DNA of 58,318 nucleotides from Candidatus Saccharimonadota bacterium (GCA_037137935.1 JBAXJI010000004.1:1-58318), one strand, 5' to 3'; shown: positions 1 through 11,976, counted from the stretch's first letter. The notes: a model not told the origin generated them from the sequence alone. Numbers and translations: made by a program.

Positions 1-3000
1 GCAAAAGAATACAGCAAGCTAAACGAAGCCCAAAAACTAGCAGTCGACCAAATTGAAGGTCCCGTGCTGGTTATAGCAGGTCCAGGTACGGGCAAAACTC
101 AGTTGCTAAGCATGCGGGTAGCCAATATTCTACAGAAGACCGACACTTTACCTCAGAATATTCTTTGTTTAACTTTTACCGATTCAGCTACGGCTACGCT
201 ACGCAAAAGATTGACCAATCTAATAGGCCAGACAGCCTACGATGTCAGCATAAATACTTATCACTCTTTTGGTAGTGATTTAATTAGACGAATGCCAGAA
301 TATTTTGTCGATGATTCAGATATGCGGCCAGCAGACGATTTGAGCATTGACCAAACCTATAGAGATATACTGGGGAAACTATCTTATTCCAATCCTCTAA
401 AATTTTCTACAAGAAATATAAGTAATATACGCTCCATGATAAGTGATTTTAAGCGAGCACTTATGTCGCCAGATGACGTTCGAGCTATTGCAGAAGCTAA
501 CCTAAAATTTATTAGTTCAATGAGCGAAACGACTGTGCGTATTTTGGGCACAATAAAACGAATGGACAAATCCGCTATACCCAAATTCGCAGAACTAGCC
601 GAAGAAACTACAGACAAATATACTAGTGGCACTGAATTACCGCGAAACACTAGACCAATGCACGAACAGTGGCAAGAAGAGCTTGAACTTGCACTAGAAT
701 TCTTTGACGAAACAGGTAAAACAAACGAGATAACTGGCTGGAAGAATAACTGGCTGGCCAAGAATAGTAATGCTGAATTTATTGTCAAAAATGAGATGAC
801 GTCAAAAAAATTGTTGGCGATGGCAGACGTATATCAGGACTATTTAAAGTCATTAGAAAATCAGCAACTATTTGATTACGACGACATGATCATGAAAGTT
901 ATTAAAGGGCTGCAAACGAACGACGATTTGCGCTACACAATACAAGAGCAATATCAGTATATTATGTTGGATGAGTTTCAAGATACAAATATCGCGCAAA
1001 TGGATTTGATTAATCTACTAGCCGATAATCCAGTCAATGAAGGCCGCCCAAACATCATGGCGGTAGGAGACGACGATCAGGCCATATACGCTTTTCAGGG
1101 TGCAAAATATTCTCATATGCTTGCATTTTATAATACCTACAGGGAAGTAAAGGTAGTTACTCTTGTAGAAAATTATCGCTCACATAAGGATATATTGTTC
1201 GTAGCTCATGGGGTTGCAGAACAAATCGAATCTAGACTTCATCATAACTTTACAGAAATCAGCAAAACACTAACTGCAAGCAACACCAGCCTGCCAAACA
1301 AGGCTGAGATTGAAAGGCGTGAATTCAAGACAGACCTAGCGGAATACGGATGGATCACCAGACAAGTTGGTGACTTGATAAGCGGCGGAGTAGACCCCAA
1401 TGAGATAGCAATACTGGCGCCACAACATCGTTATCTTGAACCTTTAGTGTCGTTTTTTGCTAAAGCAGGCATAGCTATACGTTACGACAAACAAGAAAAT
1501 GTTTTAGACAATCCAATAGTTCTAGAACTAACACAGATGTGCCACTTAATTACGGCAATCAACCGCGGCGACGACGAAACGGCAGGTAGTTTGTGGGCGG
1601 AAGTTTTAAGTTACGAATACTGGAATCTTCCAACTAGCACGATCTGGGAATTGTCTTGGCAGGCCAATGACGAGAAGAAGGATTGGACTAATATATTACT
1701 GGCTAATCCATCAACAAAAATGATTGCACTATTTTTTATTAGACTAGGATTTATCATTAAATCAGAAACACTAGAAACTATGTTAGATTATATAATTGGC
1801 GTAAAATCGCTCAATCTAAAAGAGAATGATGAAGACACCTTTAGTTCTCCATTTTACCAATACTATTTTAACGACAAAATGTTAGTCGATGAACCTACAA
1901 AGTTCTGGGACTTACTAAACAACTTGACTGTACTTAGACAGCATTTACGAGAATACAAACAGCAAGATATAAGTCCACTAAATTTGCATGATTTTATAGA
2001 TTTTATTGTGGCGCACCGATTAGCAAATATTAAAATACTAAACACTAGCCCCTACAACCAATCAGATAATGCTGTACAACTAATGACGACATTTAAAGCT
2101 AAAGGACAGGAGTTTGAAGCGGTATTTGTGATTGCAGCGAACGATGAAGTTTGGGGCAGCAAAACACGAACAAAATCATCTGCACTTTCTGTCCCAGCAA
2201 ATCTAAACTTCATAACATATGGCGGCAGCAACGATGACGAACGGCTCAGACTTTTCTTTGTAGCAGTAACGCGTGCTAAGTCAAAGTTATACATATCAAA
2301 CTTCCAGGCTAGTTACGCAGGCAAACAAATGACTAGACTACGATATCTTGAAGAAAATGAAGACGAAAACGGCAAGACTATCAGCTTGTTACTACCAGAA
2401 AACATGCAAGATATAATTATTGACGATAGTGAAGCTCCAGAAATAGAACACCTAATGAGTTATTGGGAGAATAGACACACACAGGATATCAAAAATACCG
2501 ATCTAAAAAAACTTCTAGTCCCTAGATTAGAAAAATTCCTACTTAGCCCTACGCATGTAAATAGTTTTATCGATACAACTTATGGCGGGCCAAAAAATTT
2601 CTTTGTAAATACAATACTGCGGTTTCCTAAAGCCCCAACCATATCCGGACAGTACGGTAACGCCTTCCACGAGACGCTAGAATGGGTTCATAACTATAAT
2701 CGGAAGAATAGTTCGCTACCAACAATCAAACAGCTTCAAGAGCATTTTGAAATTAGAATAAAATCTAAAAAGATGTCAGAACAAGATACGAAACTTTTAA
2801 CAGAAAAGGGCCAGCAGTCGCTTGCTATATATTACAAGCAAAAATCATCACAGTTTAATGCTGGAAATGAACATGAATTCAACTTTAAACATGAGGGCGT
2901 GTTTATCGATGACGCGCATTTATCTGGCAAGATTGACCAACTTATTATAAACAAAATAGACAAGACAATTGTCGTGGTTGATTTTAAGACTGGCTCAAGT

Positions 3001-3324
3001 TACAGCAGATGGACAAACGAGACAAAATTGCACAAGTACAAACAGCAACTATATTTCTATAAGCTACTTGTAGAGAACTCACATACTTATGCAGGATATA
3101 AAGTAGTCGATGCCTATCTACAGTTTGTCGAGCCAAATGACGACAATGAAATTATAGACTTGCATCTAAACTTTAATGAAGCAGAGCTAGCTCAGACCAG
3201 AAAACTAATCAGTAAAGTATGGCAACATATAATGGATCTAGATTTTCCTGCTACAACAAATTACGACGATAGCTATAAGGGAATGATACAGCTAGAAACT
3301 GATTTGATAGACGGAATCATTTAG
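1..3324 (+). CDS. UvrD/PcrA-type SF1 DNA helicase fused to a C-terminal PD-(D/E)XK (RecB/Cas4-like) nuclease domain; 5' end cut by window edge
   Basis: Frame 1 is open from nt 1 (AKEYSKLNEAQKLAVDQIEGPVLVIAGPGTGKTQ, Walker A). Other helicase motifs: DEFQDTN, VGDDDQAIYAFQGA, ENYRS, VAVTRAK. C-terminal GKIDQL..VVVDFKTG..YKQQLYFYKLL looks like D..D.K/QxxxY nuclease motifs. Confidence 0.85.
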   Translation, partial: AKEYSKLNEAQKLAVDQIEGPVLVIAGPGTGKTQLLSMRVANILQKTDTLPQNILCLTFTDSATATLRKRLTNLIGQTAYDVSINTYHSFGSDLIRRMPEYFVDDSDMRPADDLSIDQTYRDILGKLSYSNPLKFSTRNISNIRSMISDFKRALMSPDDVRAIAEANLKFISSMSETTVRILGTIKRMDKSAIPKFAELAEETTDKYTSGTELPRNTRPMHEQWQEELELALEFFDETGKTNEITGWKNNWLAKNSNAEFIVKNEMTSKKLLAMADVYQDYLKSLENQQLFDYDDMIMKVIKGLQTNDDLRYTIQEQYQYIMLDEFQDTNIAQMDLINLLADNPVNEGRPNIMAVGDDDQAIYAFQGAKYSHMLAFYNTYREVKVVTLVENYRSHKDILFVAHGVAEQIESRLHHNFTEISKTLTASNTSLPNKAEIERREFKTDLAEYGWITRQVGDLISGGVDPNEIAILAPQHRYLEPLVSFFAKAGIAIRYDKQENVLDNPIVLELTQMCHLITAINRGDDETAGSLWAEVLSYEYWNLPTSTIWELSWQANDEKKDWTNILLANPSTKMIALFFIRLGFIIKSETLETMLDYIIGVKSLNLKENDEDTFSSPFYQYYFNDKMLVDEPTKFWDLLNNLTVLRQHLREYKQQDISPLNLHDFIDFIVAHRLANIKILNTSPYNQSDNAVQLMTTFKAKGQEFEAVFVIAANDEVWGSKTRTKSSALSVPANLNFITYGGSNDDERLRLFFVAVTRAKSKLYISNFQASYAGKQMTRLRYLEENEDENGKTISLLLPENMQDIIIDDSEAPEIEHLMSYWENRHTQDIKNTDLKKLLVPRLEKFLLSPTHVNSFIDTTYGGPKNFFVNTILRFPKAPTISGQYGNAFHETLEWVHNYNRKNSSLPTIKQLQEHFEIRIKSKKMSEQDTKLLTEKGQQSLAIYYKQKSSQFNAGNEHEFNFKHEGVFIDDAHLSGKIDQLIINKIDKTIVVVDFKTGSSYSRWTNETKLHKYKQQLYFYKLLVENSHTYAGYKVVDAYLQFVEPNDDNEIIDLHLNFNEAELAQTRKLISKVWQHIMDLDFPATTNYDDSYKGMIQLETDLIDGII

Positions 3325-3333
3325 TTAATAAAA

Positions 3334-3355
3334 CACCCTGACTTTCATCAGGGTG
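3334..3355. terminator. Hairpin between convergent genes (bidirectional terminator candidate)
   Basis: CACCCTGA-ctttca-TCAGGGTG is a perfect 8-bp stem. It lies between the helicase stop (3324) and the aquaporin stop (3380) and has an A-run upstream. Confidence 0.6.
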
Positions 3356-3379
3356 CTTAGTACTAATAGCTAAAAGCTA

Positions 3380-4156
3380 TTATTTTTTACGAGAAGCTGG
3401 CTTCTTGCGAGCCGGTGCTTTTTTGGCTGTACTTTTTGTTGTTGTCTTAGCTCGTGCAGATGTCGACTTAGCTCGTGCTGAAGTTGACTTAGCGCGCGAA
3501 CTTGAAGACTTGGCTTTTACTAAACGTGTAGGGAATGTAGACTCATCTGCAAATACCATACCGTAAAGGTTAATACCTACAAGAGCGCCCAAGAATGGTG
3601 CTGATGCGTAAGCCCAGCTCCATGAATAAATACCTGCAGCTACTGCTGGGTTTAAGACTGCGTTTGATGCAAGTGATGCAACTAGAATACCGACGAACAA
3701 TGAACCACCAATAATTGCCGCGTTCTTGCTTACTTCATGTTTTTGGAAGATCGCAGATGCAAAACCGAATGCAAAGATCATTGTACCAATTGCTTCTGCT
3801 GCAAATACTTTTCGTGAAAATTCAGTTCCGGCGACGCTTTCTAGGCTGTGGCCCAAGAAATACTTAATCAACGCGTAGGCAGCAAGACCGCCTAGGAATT
3901 GAAACATAATGTTTGCTACAGCTTTGAATGTAGAAATTTTTCTTACTGACCACAATCCGAATGTGATTGCAGGGTTTAGGTGCGCGCCTGAAAACGCGCC
4001 AACTGTTACTGTAAATAATGCTACTGTTCCACCCGCTGCTAGTGCTGCGAATAATGGAAATGATGTTCGACCTACGATTGTATAAACGACTAATGCTAGT
4101 GTCGCTGTTCCGATGAATTCTGCTAACAACATAGCGAGTTGTTTTCTTCCAAACAT
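3380..4156 (-). CDS. MIP-family channel (aquaporin/glycerol facilitator) with Lys/Arg/Ser-rich C-terminal tail
   Basis: Two NPA boxes (HLNPAITFG, VLNPAVAAG) and about 6 TM segments. Start moved to the ATG at 4156 because GGAGGG lies 6 nt upstream; the ORF-track start at 4219 has no RBS. Confidence 0.85.
   Translation of the reverse strand: MFGRKQLAMLLAEFIGTATLALVVYTIVGRTSFPLFAALAAGGTVALFTVTVGAFSGAHLNPAITFGLWSVRKISTFKAVANIMFQFLGGLAAYALIKYFLGHSLESVAGTEFSRKVFAAEAIGTMIFAFGFASAIFQKHEVSKNAAIIGGSLFVGILVASLASNAVLNPAVAAGIYSWSWAYASAPFLGALVGINLYGMVFADESTFPTRLVKAKSSSSRAKSTSARAKSTSARAKTTTKSTAKKAPARKKPASRKK
3447..3509 (-). repeat. 3 x 21-bp imperfect tandem repeat encoding the basic tail (AKSTSAR-type heptads)
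   Basis: Three consecutive units: ttagctcgtgcagatgtcgac / ttagctcgtgctgaagttgac / ttagcgcgcgaacttgaagac. Confidence 0.8.
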
Positions 4157-4300
4157 GATTGACCCTCCGTTAATTAATCCTATGGAATTAATCATAAATG
4201 CTTTTTGTGTTATATGCAAATATCAGTCAATAAACACAACAACAATCTATTTTTTTCTGTTAACAATTTATCAAAAAATTTCGTAAACAAATTCTATAAA

Positions 4301-4729
4301 TTAACGGCGTAAATGACGACGCTTGAGACCTGCAACTTGTAGTCTTACTGACTGACGATCTATCATACCTTGCGCGTGTTCTAATGATACTTGATCTTTT
4401 GCTTCTAACTTAAGTTTGTGTGCGTAATCAAATGCTTTTTGAGCTTCTTGTTCGTTAATTTCATCTGCGTTATCGGCCTCGTCAACTAATACTCTTAACA
4501 CATTATCTGCAACTTCAATTACACCGCCATTTGTAGCATAGTATTCAATCATGTCATCTTTGTCGGTTGCTTTTCTGCGAACACCAATTACGCCATGAGT
4601 TGCGACACTAATAAGCGGCATGTGACCTGGCATAACACCAATCTGACCTTCCAAAGTAGGAAGCAGAACTTCATAGACTTCTTCGCCGAATTTTACTCCA
4701 CCGAGTGTAACTAACTCAAATCTGATCAT
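4301..4729 (-). CDS. atpC: F1 ATP synthase epsilon subunit
   Basis: MIRFELVTLGGVKF..LPTLEGQIGVMPGHMPLIS is the typical epsilon N-terminal beta-sandwich, followed by a helical C-terminus. It is the last gene of the atp operon. Confidence 0.9.
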   Translation of the reverse strand: MIRFELVTLGGVKFGEEVYEVLLPTLEGQIGVMPGHMPLISVATHGVIGVRRKATDKDDMIEYYATNGGVIEVADNVLRVLVDEADNADEINEQEAQKAFDYAHKLKLEAKDQVSLEHAQGMIDRQSVRLQVAGLKRRHLRR

Positions 4730-4946
4730 CTTCCTAGATTTCTTTCTCTATGCAATCTGTCTTCAATTGCTTCTTTAATAGATAGGTAAGAGCCGGGCAC
4801 ATCGCCAACTACGAATTCTACACTAGCTGATTCAACAACTTCGATATCTTCACCGCGAATATATGCCTTGAATGATTCATGCTGCTGGGCAGTAAGAGCG
4901 TCGTTGAGGTTTGGTTCTGTTGAGAAATATGGAATTTGTTCAGACA

Positions 4947-4947
<1 letters not shown>
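4726..4947 (-). CDS. Hypothetical 73-aa acidic protein embedded in the atp operon
   Basis: Its ATG overlaps the atpD stop (TAATG) and its TGA overlaps the atpC start (ATGA). I recognise no family. Confidence 0.55.
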
Positions 4948-6446
<1,499 letters not shown>

Positions 6447-6470
6447 TCAATAATCTGATAATTTACCATG

Positions 6471-7337
6471 TTATTTCATAGCCTCCGCTCCACCAGTAAT
6501 TTCGGCTAATTCCTGTGTAATGGCAGATTGACGAGCAGTGTTAAAGGCCAACGTTAGGTCGTCTATCAAATCAGAAGCGTTGTCTGTAGCACTTTTCATT
6601 GCCATCATTCTCATAGAATGCTCAGAAGCCAAACTTTCAAGCAAGGCCTGCCACAATTGAACTTCTAATAATCTTTCTGTGACACTATCTAATACTTCTG
6701 CAACAGATGGTTCGAATGTAACTTGGGCTAACGAGTCGACGTTTTCTGTCGCCTCAAATCGTGCTGGCAACAAAGATAAACTTTTTGCTATCTGGACAAT
6801 GTTAGTCTTAAATTCAGTATAAATAAGCTGCACATCGTCAACTTTTTTATCTGCATACATTCCCGACAACGAGCTAAGTAACGGTCGAACATCGTTTGAG
6901 GTAGGCTGGTCGCCGAAACCATCATAGGCTGCAACCAAATCAACACCCTCTAAACGTCTAGCAAATTGAGCGGCCTGTTTACCGATAGCAACTACTTGCG
7001 ACTTAACACCGGTCTTGCTATCTTCCACAATGGCCTTTGCAAGTAATCGAATAACATTAGAGTTGTATGATCCGGCTAGACCTCTGTTACTCGTAATGAC
7101 GACGTATAGTCTTGTTTTGATATCACGTTTTACAAATAACGGATGATCATTAACTTCAGTAATCGCACTTAAACGAGTTAATAGCGAATAAGCGGCCTCG
7201 CGATAGGCACGTCCATGTTGAGCGAACTCTTGTGCGCGGCGCATTTTACTAGCGGCTACTAATTCCATAGCCTTTGTGATCTGCTTAGTGTTCTTAACAC
7301 TGCCGATTCTGCGCTTTAGTACAATAGTATTAGCCAC
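6471..7337 (-). CDS. atpG: F1 ATP synthase gamma subunit
   Basis: N-terminal ..IGSVKNTKQITKAMELVAASKMRRAQ and C-terminal ARQSAITQELAEITGGAEA are gamma signatures. Confidence 0.93.
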   Translation of the reverse strand: MANTIVLKRRIGSVKNTKQITKAMELVAASKMRRAQEFAQHGRAYREAAYSLLTRLSAITEVNDHPLFVKRDIKTRLYVVITSNRGLAGSYNSNVIRLLAKAIVEDSKTGVKSQVVAIGKQAAQFARRLEGVDLVAAYDGFGDQPTSNDVRPLLSSLSGMYADKKVDDVQLIYTEFKTNIVQIAKSLSLLPARFEATENVDSLAQVTFEPSVAEVLDSVTERLLEVQLWQALLESLASEHSMRMMAMKSATDNASDLIDDLTLAFNTARQSAITQELAEITGGAEAMK

Positions 7338-7351
7338 TTATTTGCTCCCGT

Positions 7352-8902
7352 TTATTTCTTTTCTTCAAGTTTGTAGCTGTTAGCAATCTTATGTGCAAGC
7401 TTGATGATTTTTTCTTTAACTTTAGCGTCTGGTTCGGCGCCAGTGTTGATGACTTCAATCTCTTTAGCTAGTTCGTGCTTAATATCACGAAGTAGGTTAG
7501 CTTCTGCCAACTTAACTTTATCGAGAGGGATAGCGTCAAAGCAACCTTCACTTGCAGCTAATAGGGTAGAGTACATCTGCCAGATTCCATAAGGGCTAAA
7601 CTGAGGCTGCTTGAGTAGCTCTGTTAATCTTTGACCGCGTTCGATACGATGTCGAGTTTCGGCGTCTAGATCGGTAGAGAACTGTGAAAAAGCGGCAAGC
7701 TCACGGAACTGAGCCAATTCGATACGCAATGATTTTGCGACACTCTTTACTGCCTTAGTTTGGGCATTTCCACCCACGCGTGAGACAGAAAGACCGACTG
7801 AAATAGCCGGGCGAATACCCTGATAAAACAAGTTAGTTTCCATGAAAATCTGACCATCAGTAATAGAAATAACGTTGGTAGGGATGTAGGCGCTAATGTC
7901 ACCAGCCTGAGTTTCAATAATAGGCAAGGCAGTAAGACTACCAGCACCCAATTCGTCGCTCATTTTGGCGGCACGCTCTAGTAAACGTGAGTGCAAATAG
8001 AAAACGTCACCAGGGTAAGCTTCGCGGCCCGGTGGGCGCCTTAGTAGAAGTGACATCTGTCGGTAGGCCGCTGCATGCTTAGTCAAATCATCATAGATGA
8101 TCAAGGCGTGCTGCTTGTTGTCGCGGAAGTATTCACCCATAGTCGCACCTGCATAAGGAGCCAAGTACTGTAAGCTTGCTGGATCAGCGGCACTAGTAGC
8201 AACAATAATCGACTGGTCCATAACGCCTTCACGCTTTAGTCGCTCAATCAAACGTGCAACCTTGCTTAGCTTCTGACCAATAGCGACATAGATATTGATA
8301 ACACCCGTATTTTGACGGTGCTGGTTAATCATAGTATCGACAGCAATTGCAGTCTTACCGGTTTGGCGGTCACCAATAATTAGCTCACGCTGACCACGAC
8401 CAATAGGAACCATCGCGTCAATCGCTGTAATACCAGTCATCATTGGTTCGTGCACGCTCTTACGAGCTAGAACGCCTGGAGCAATCTGTTCAACTCTACC
8501 AGTAAGCTTAGTCTTGATAGGACCTTTGCCGTCAAGAGGCAAGCCAAGAGGGCTTACAACTCGTCCGACCAACTCTGGACCAACAGGTACTTCAAGAACT
8601 TTACCTGTTAATTTAGCAGTGGCACCAGCCTTAATAGCTGTATCGTCACCCAAAATAACAGCACCGATTTCGTCGTTTCCAAGATTAAAGGCAAAAGCTG
8701 TGATATCTTCGCCATTTACACTTGTTACAGAAATCATTTCGTTATATCCACATTGAGTTAGGCCATAAATCCATGCCACACCGTCACCAATACGAGTGAC
8801 AATGCCAGTGTTCTCAATTTCTGGTCGATTTTGGAGGTCTGCAATCGCCGCACGAATATCGCCGGCTATCTCCTTGATAGATACATCACTTGCTGAACTC
8901 AT
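7352..8902 (-). CDS. atpA: F1 ATP synthase alpha subunit
   Basis: [19 protein letters not shown]-loop, [33 protein letters not shown]. Confidence 0.97.
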   Translation of the reverse strand: MSSASDVSIKEIAGDIRAAIADLQNRPEIENTGIVTRIGDGVAWIYGLTQCGYNEMISVTSVNGEDITAFAFNLGNDEIGAVILGDDTAIKAGATAKLTGKVLEVPVGPELVGRVVSPLGLPLDGKGPIKTKLTGRVEQIAPGVLARKSVHEPMMTGITAIDAMVPIGRGQRELIIGDRQTGKTAIAVDTMINQHRQNTGVINIYVAIGQKLSKVARLIERLKREGVMDQSIIVATSAADPASLQYLAPYAGATMGEYFRDNKQHALIIYDDLTKHAAAYRQMSLLLRRPPGREAYPGDVFYLHSRLLERAAKMSDELGAGSLTALPIIETQAGDISAYIPTNVISITDGQIFMETNLFYQGIRPAISVGLSVSRVGGNAQTKAVKSVAKSLRIELAQFRELAAFSQFSTDLDAETRHRIERGQRLTELLKQPQFSPYGIWQMYSTLLAASEGCFDAIPLDKVKLAEANLLRDIKHELAKEIEVINTGAEPDAKVKEKIIKLAHKIANSYKLEEKK

Positions 8903-8904
8903 AA

Positions 8905-9309
8905 TTATTCCTTTCCAGCCATTGTTAGACGCTTAAAGTTTGAAAGTTTTGATTGTACGGTCAAATCTAGCTGCTCATGAGGCAAAACTACACGAATGCC
9001 ACCAACCACATCAGGGTCGATACGCTGGCTAACGGTTATAGATTTCGCGTTCGGGTAATTCTGTTTCATGAGTACTTTAATGTCGTCTTTTACTTTATTA
9101 CTAAGTTCGTGAGCGCTGACTGCCTGCACCTCCACGACACCGTGTTCGGCACGGTATTCAATAACATCTCGCAGTATAGAATCAAGCTCATTCACTCGAT
9201 TCTCACTTAACAAGTAGGCCGCAATTTCTACGGCTAACTTCTTAGAGTCTTGAACACCTAGCGTCTTAGCGCCAATTGCCTGAACCAACAAATGTCGTGG
9301 ACGTTTCAT
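8905..9309 (-). CDS. atpH: F1 ATP synthase delta (OSCP) subunit, short form (134 aa)
   Basis: Sits between atpF and atpA. The C-terminal half ([11 protein letters not shown]...[21 protein letters not shown]) matches the OSCP pattern, but the N-terminal region is short. Confidence 0.75.
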   Translation of the reverse strand: MKRPRHLLVQAIGAKTLGVQDSKKLAVEIAAYLLSENRVNELDSILRDVIEYRAEHGVVEVQAVSAHELSNKVKDDIKVLMKQNYPNAKSITVSQRIDPDVVGGIRVVLPHEQLDLTVQSKLSNFKRLTMAGKE

Positions 9310-9842
9310 TATTTAGCTCGTCTTTTTAGAATCTTATCGATAATTTCACCGTCTTTAGCCATGTCGACTTTTTCGCCAACAATAGCTTCTGTAGCTTCAG
9401 AAATCAATCCAATGATATCTTTTTCTAAAGCCATCTTTGCTCGCTCGGTTTCTGCTTCGATTCTTACTTCAGCGTCGGACAACATTGCCTCTGCCTTACG
9501 GCTAGCTGATTTCTCGGCTTCACGGACAACATCGCGTGCATCTTTGTGTGCGTTAGCAATAATTTTGTCGGCTTCTAAGCGAGCTTCACGCATCTTCTTG
9601 GCAACTTCTGTGTCAAGCTTTGCTTTTTCTTTTTCCATCGCGAGACCCATCTTGACACCGTCGTCAATAGTTTTGCGACGTTCTTCTAATAGCTTGCCAA
9701 TAGGCTTAAATGCGTAATGCCTAAGTAGGGCAAAGACAATCAGAAACGATATGAACTGGATAATAAATGCGCTAGCACTTATACCTAATGCTCCAATACC
9801 GGTCGTCTGGGCTTCGGCTACTGCAAATAATGTATATATCAT
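9309..9842 (-). CDS. atpF: Fo ATP synthase b subunit
   Basis: One N-terminal TM segment followed by a long charged coiled coil (EERRKTIDDG...AKLDTEVAKKMREARLEADK), in the expected operon position. Confidence 0.8.
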   Translation of the reverse strand: MIYTLFAVAEAQTTGIGALGISASAFIIQFISFLIVFALLRHYAFKPIGKLLEERRKTIDDGVKMGLAMEKEKAKLDTEVAKKMREARLEADKIIANAHKDARDVVREAEKSASRKAEAMLSDAEVRIEAETERAKMALEKDIIGLISEATEAIVGEKVDMAKDGEIIDKILKRRAK

Positions 9843-9860
9843 GTGTGAATCCTTGAACGG

Positions 9861-10097
9861 TTACTTAATGATGAATAGTGATGCGAATACTAGTAGCGCC
9901 ATCAACTCAACGATAGCTACGAACACAAGAATTTGACCCAAGAATTTTGATGATTCTGGATTTCGTCCAACAGCGTTCATGAACGAACTACCAATAAGAC
10001 CAACACCTAGTCCTGGCCCGATCATTCCTAGACCTAGCATCAAACCTTTACCTAGTACTTCTACGCTACCGGTCATTTCTGCGAAGTGATTTAACAT
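9861..10097 (-). CDS. atpE: Fo ATP synthase c subunit
   Basis: 78-aa helical hairpin with GxGxGxG (GPGLGVGLIG), RNPE loop, and a carboxylate in helix 2 (AIVELMAL). Confidence 0.9.
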   Translation of the reverse strand: MLNHFAEMTGSVEVLGKGLMLGLGMIGPGLGVGLIGSSFMNAVGRNPESSKFLGQILVFVAIVELMALLVFASLFIIK

Positions 10098-10150
10098 TTA
10101 TTGCTCCTTATTTTATTTACTAAATTAATTATATTATTTACGATCTTAGC

Positions 10151-10975
10151 CTAAATCTTCATTATTTCGGCAGTTTTTTCAAGTTCATGATCATCATCAT
10201 GTCCATGCTTAATTGCCAATGAAAGATAGGTCACCGAAAGCATCACGAATATATAGGCTTGCAAAAGAGCCACGCCGATTTCAAGAAAAACAAAGGGAAA
10301 AGAGGTTATCGGGGCAGCAAATTTGCCCAAGTAGCTAAATACAGAAATAATAACTTCACCAATAGCTACGTTTAGAAACAGACGAAGCGCAAGACTTCCG
10401 ACTCTGATCAATTCACCAAAAAGTTCATAAAAACCAATTAGATATGTGAACGGGTTCCAGAGCTTACCAACAAAATAATGTCTAAGATGCTTCACGAATC
10501 CAGACTCTCTAATGGCGAAAGTTTGGATCATAATCATAGAAATTACTGCTGCTGCCAAAGTTCCATTTAGATCGGCAGTAAAAGCACGGAACACTGGTGT
10601 TTCGTTTAATGTGAAAGCTTCACCAACTCCAGGCAATAGACCCATTATGTTGGTTATCGCTATGAAGAAAAAAATCGATACAAAGTAAGGCGAATACTTA
10701 AGGGCTTTATCACGATCGCCCAGGCTGTTTTCTAGAAGCCCTGTAATAAAGTCACTACCGATTTCGACTACTTGCGTAATGCCACCTTTAGGTCGAATAG
10801 TCATTCGTCTAGCAACACCAGCTAAAATGGCAATTATTACTAATCCACAAACCCAAGAGAAAACTATCGAGTTGGTAATTGCATATCCATGAATTTCAAA
10901 CAATTCGCCTGGCGCGATATGGACGGTAGGACCAGCCTCACTGGCGCTAAAGATATTGATTAAACTATTTAGCAT
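10151..10975 (-). CDS. atpB: Fo ATP synthase a subunit
   Basis: Polytopic membrane protein with LALRLFLNV (essential Arg motif) and LQAYIFVMLSVTYL. Confidence 0.9.
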   Translation of the reverse strand: MLNSLINIFSASEAGPTVHIAPGELFEIHGYAITNSIVFSWVCGLVIIAILAGVARRMTIRPKGGITQVVEIGSDFITGLLENSLGDRDKALKYSPYFVSIFFFIAITNIMGLLPGVGEAFTLNETPVFRAFTADLNGTLAAAVISMIMIQTFAIRESGFVKHLRHYFVGKLWNPFTYLIGFYELFGELIRVGSLALRLFLNVAIGEVIISVFSYLGKFAAPITSFPFVFLEIGVALLQAYIFVMLSVTYLSLAIKHGHDDDHELEKTAEIMKI

Positions 10976-11298
10976 TACTTGTTTTTCTCCTTCTTTGAAT
11001 TTCTTGTTAATTCGTCTTCGGCTTGATCTTGATTAACTTGTTTAACTGTTTTACTAACTACTGATGCTGCACCAATGCAGGCAATCACGAATGCTGCAAG
11101 AGTTAATGAGGGGGAGGTTTTGAACTTATCGTCGAGTTTAATACCGATAAATATCGGCAACAATACTGCTCCGCCAAGCTGCCAACCCATGTTCATTGCT
11201 GCGCTAAGAAATTGTTGTTTAGGTTCAAGAGCGGAAAGTCGCTGTTGAACAACATCCTCAGTTGTCGTCACACTCTTCTTGGTGGCGGCTTTTCTCAT
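10975..11298 (-). CDS. AtpI/AtpZ-like small membrane protein
   Basis: First gene of the atp cluster, with a 1-nt overlap to atpB. Two TM segments and a G.KLDDKF.TSP motif typical of ATP synthase protein I-like proteins. Confidence 0.55.
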   Translation of the reverse strand: MRKAATKKSVTTTEDVVQQRLSALEPKQQFLSAAMNMGWQLGGAVLLPIFIGIKLDDKFKTSPSLTLAAFVIACIGAASVVSKTVKQVNQDQAEDELTRNSKKEKNK

Positions 11299-11364
11299 CT
11301 TGCGGTCATTGTAACAGATGTAACCGACTTATGCAACGCTAAAAATAACGGGGTGAACGTGGAC

Positions 11365-11976
11365 CTACAAACCTACAGCTTTTTTGAGTTTTTCTTTAAA
11401 AGTTACCGGACGACTGCCACTACAAGTTGCTGGATCATCTTCTGTATTTGACTTATGAGCGTCTCGCGGAACCGCACTGTATCTTTTGTCGATGATCGAC
11501 TGGTCGTCTTTGCCGTAATTTATCAATAATACATCTTCACTGTTTACCATTCTGCCGCTAACATTGCTAACAGTTTTGCCGTTTAGCACGAAGCTTAGCT
11601 TATTGCCGTCTTGGCCGTTAACATAGACATTGCTAGTTGTTGTGACGGCTTGATCGCTCAACCCATAGCCTATGTTTGCAAACAAATCTGCCCACATAAC
11701 AGCGTGAGAGTGAACATGAACAAGCCCAGGATTCTGGTCGTGCAAGTGAATTCTAGTACGCGGATTATCCGAATTAGATGACGTACAAGCCGTTTCTTCC
11801 TCATAATACCCAGGACCGTCAAACTTATCCAGGACTCCATTTACATACAAAGAGAAGTTAGCGTGATAATGCACAGAGTCAGGTTTATAGAGAGCGAACC
11901 GTATCGCCGTCGTAACTAAAGCACCAATTATTAATCCGACCAAACCCGCCACTACAACTTTTTTAGATATCTGCAT
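11365..11976 (-). CDS. Hypothetical membrane-anchored protein with His clusters
   Basis: N-terminal TM segment, then HYHANFSLYVNG and HLHDQNPGLVHVHSH, which are possible metal ligands. No family assigned. Confidence 0.6.
   Translation of the reverse strand: MQISKKVVVAGLVGLIIGALVTTAIRFALYKPDSVHYHANFSLYVNGVLDKFDGPGYYEEETACTSSNSDNPRTRIHLHDQNPGLVHVHSHAVMWADLFANIGYGLSDQAVTTTSNVYVNGQDGNKLSFVLNGKTVSNVSGRMVNSEDVLLINYGKDDQSIIDKRYSAVPRDAHKSNTEDDPATCSGSRPVTFKEKLKKAVGL

Noticed and set aside
384-2294. Minus-strand ORFs inside the helicase gene (384-788, 1863-2045, 2052-2294).
   Set aside because: They lie entirely antisense to a strongly supported CDS. They have low-complexity Ser/Leu-rich translations and no RBS, so they are shadow ORFs.
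9861-10097. Na+-specific c-ring.
   Set aside because: Helix 1 lacks the Gln, and the carboxylate is followed by Leu (VELMAL) rather than Ser/Thr. A proton-type site is more likely.
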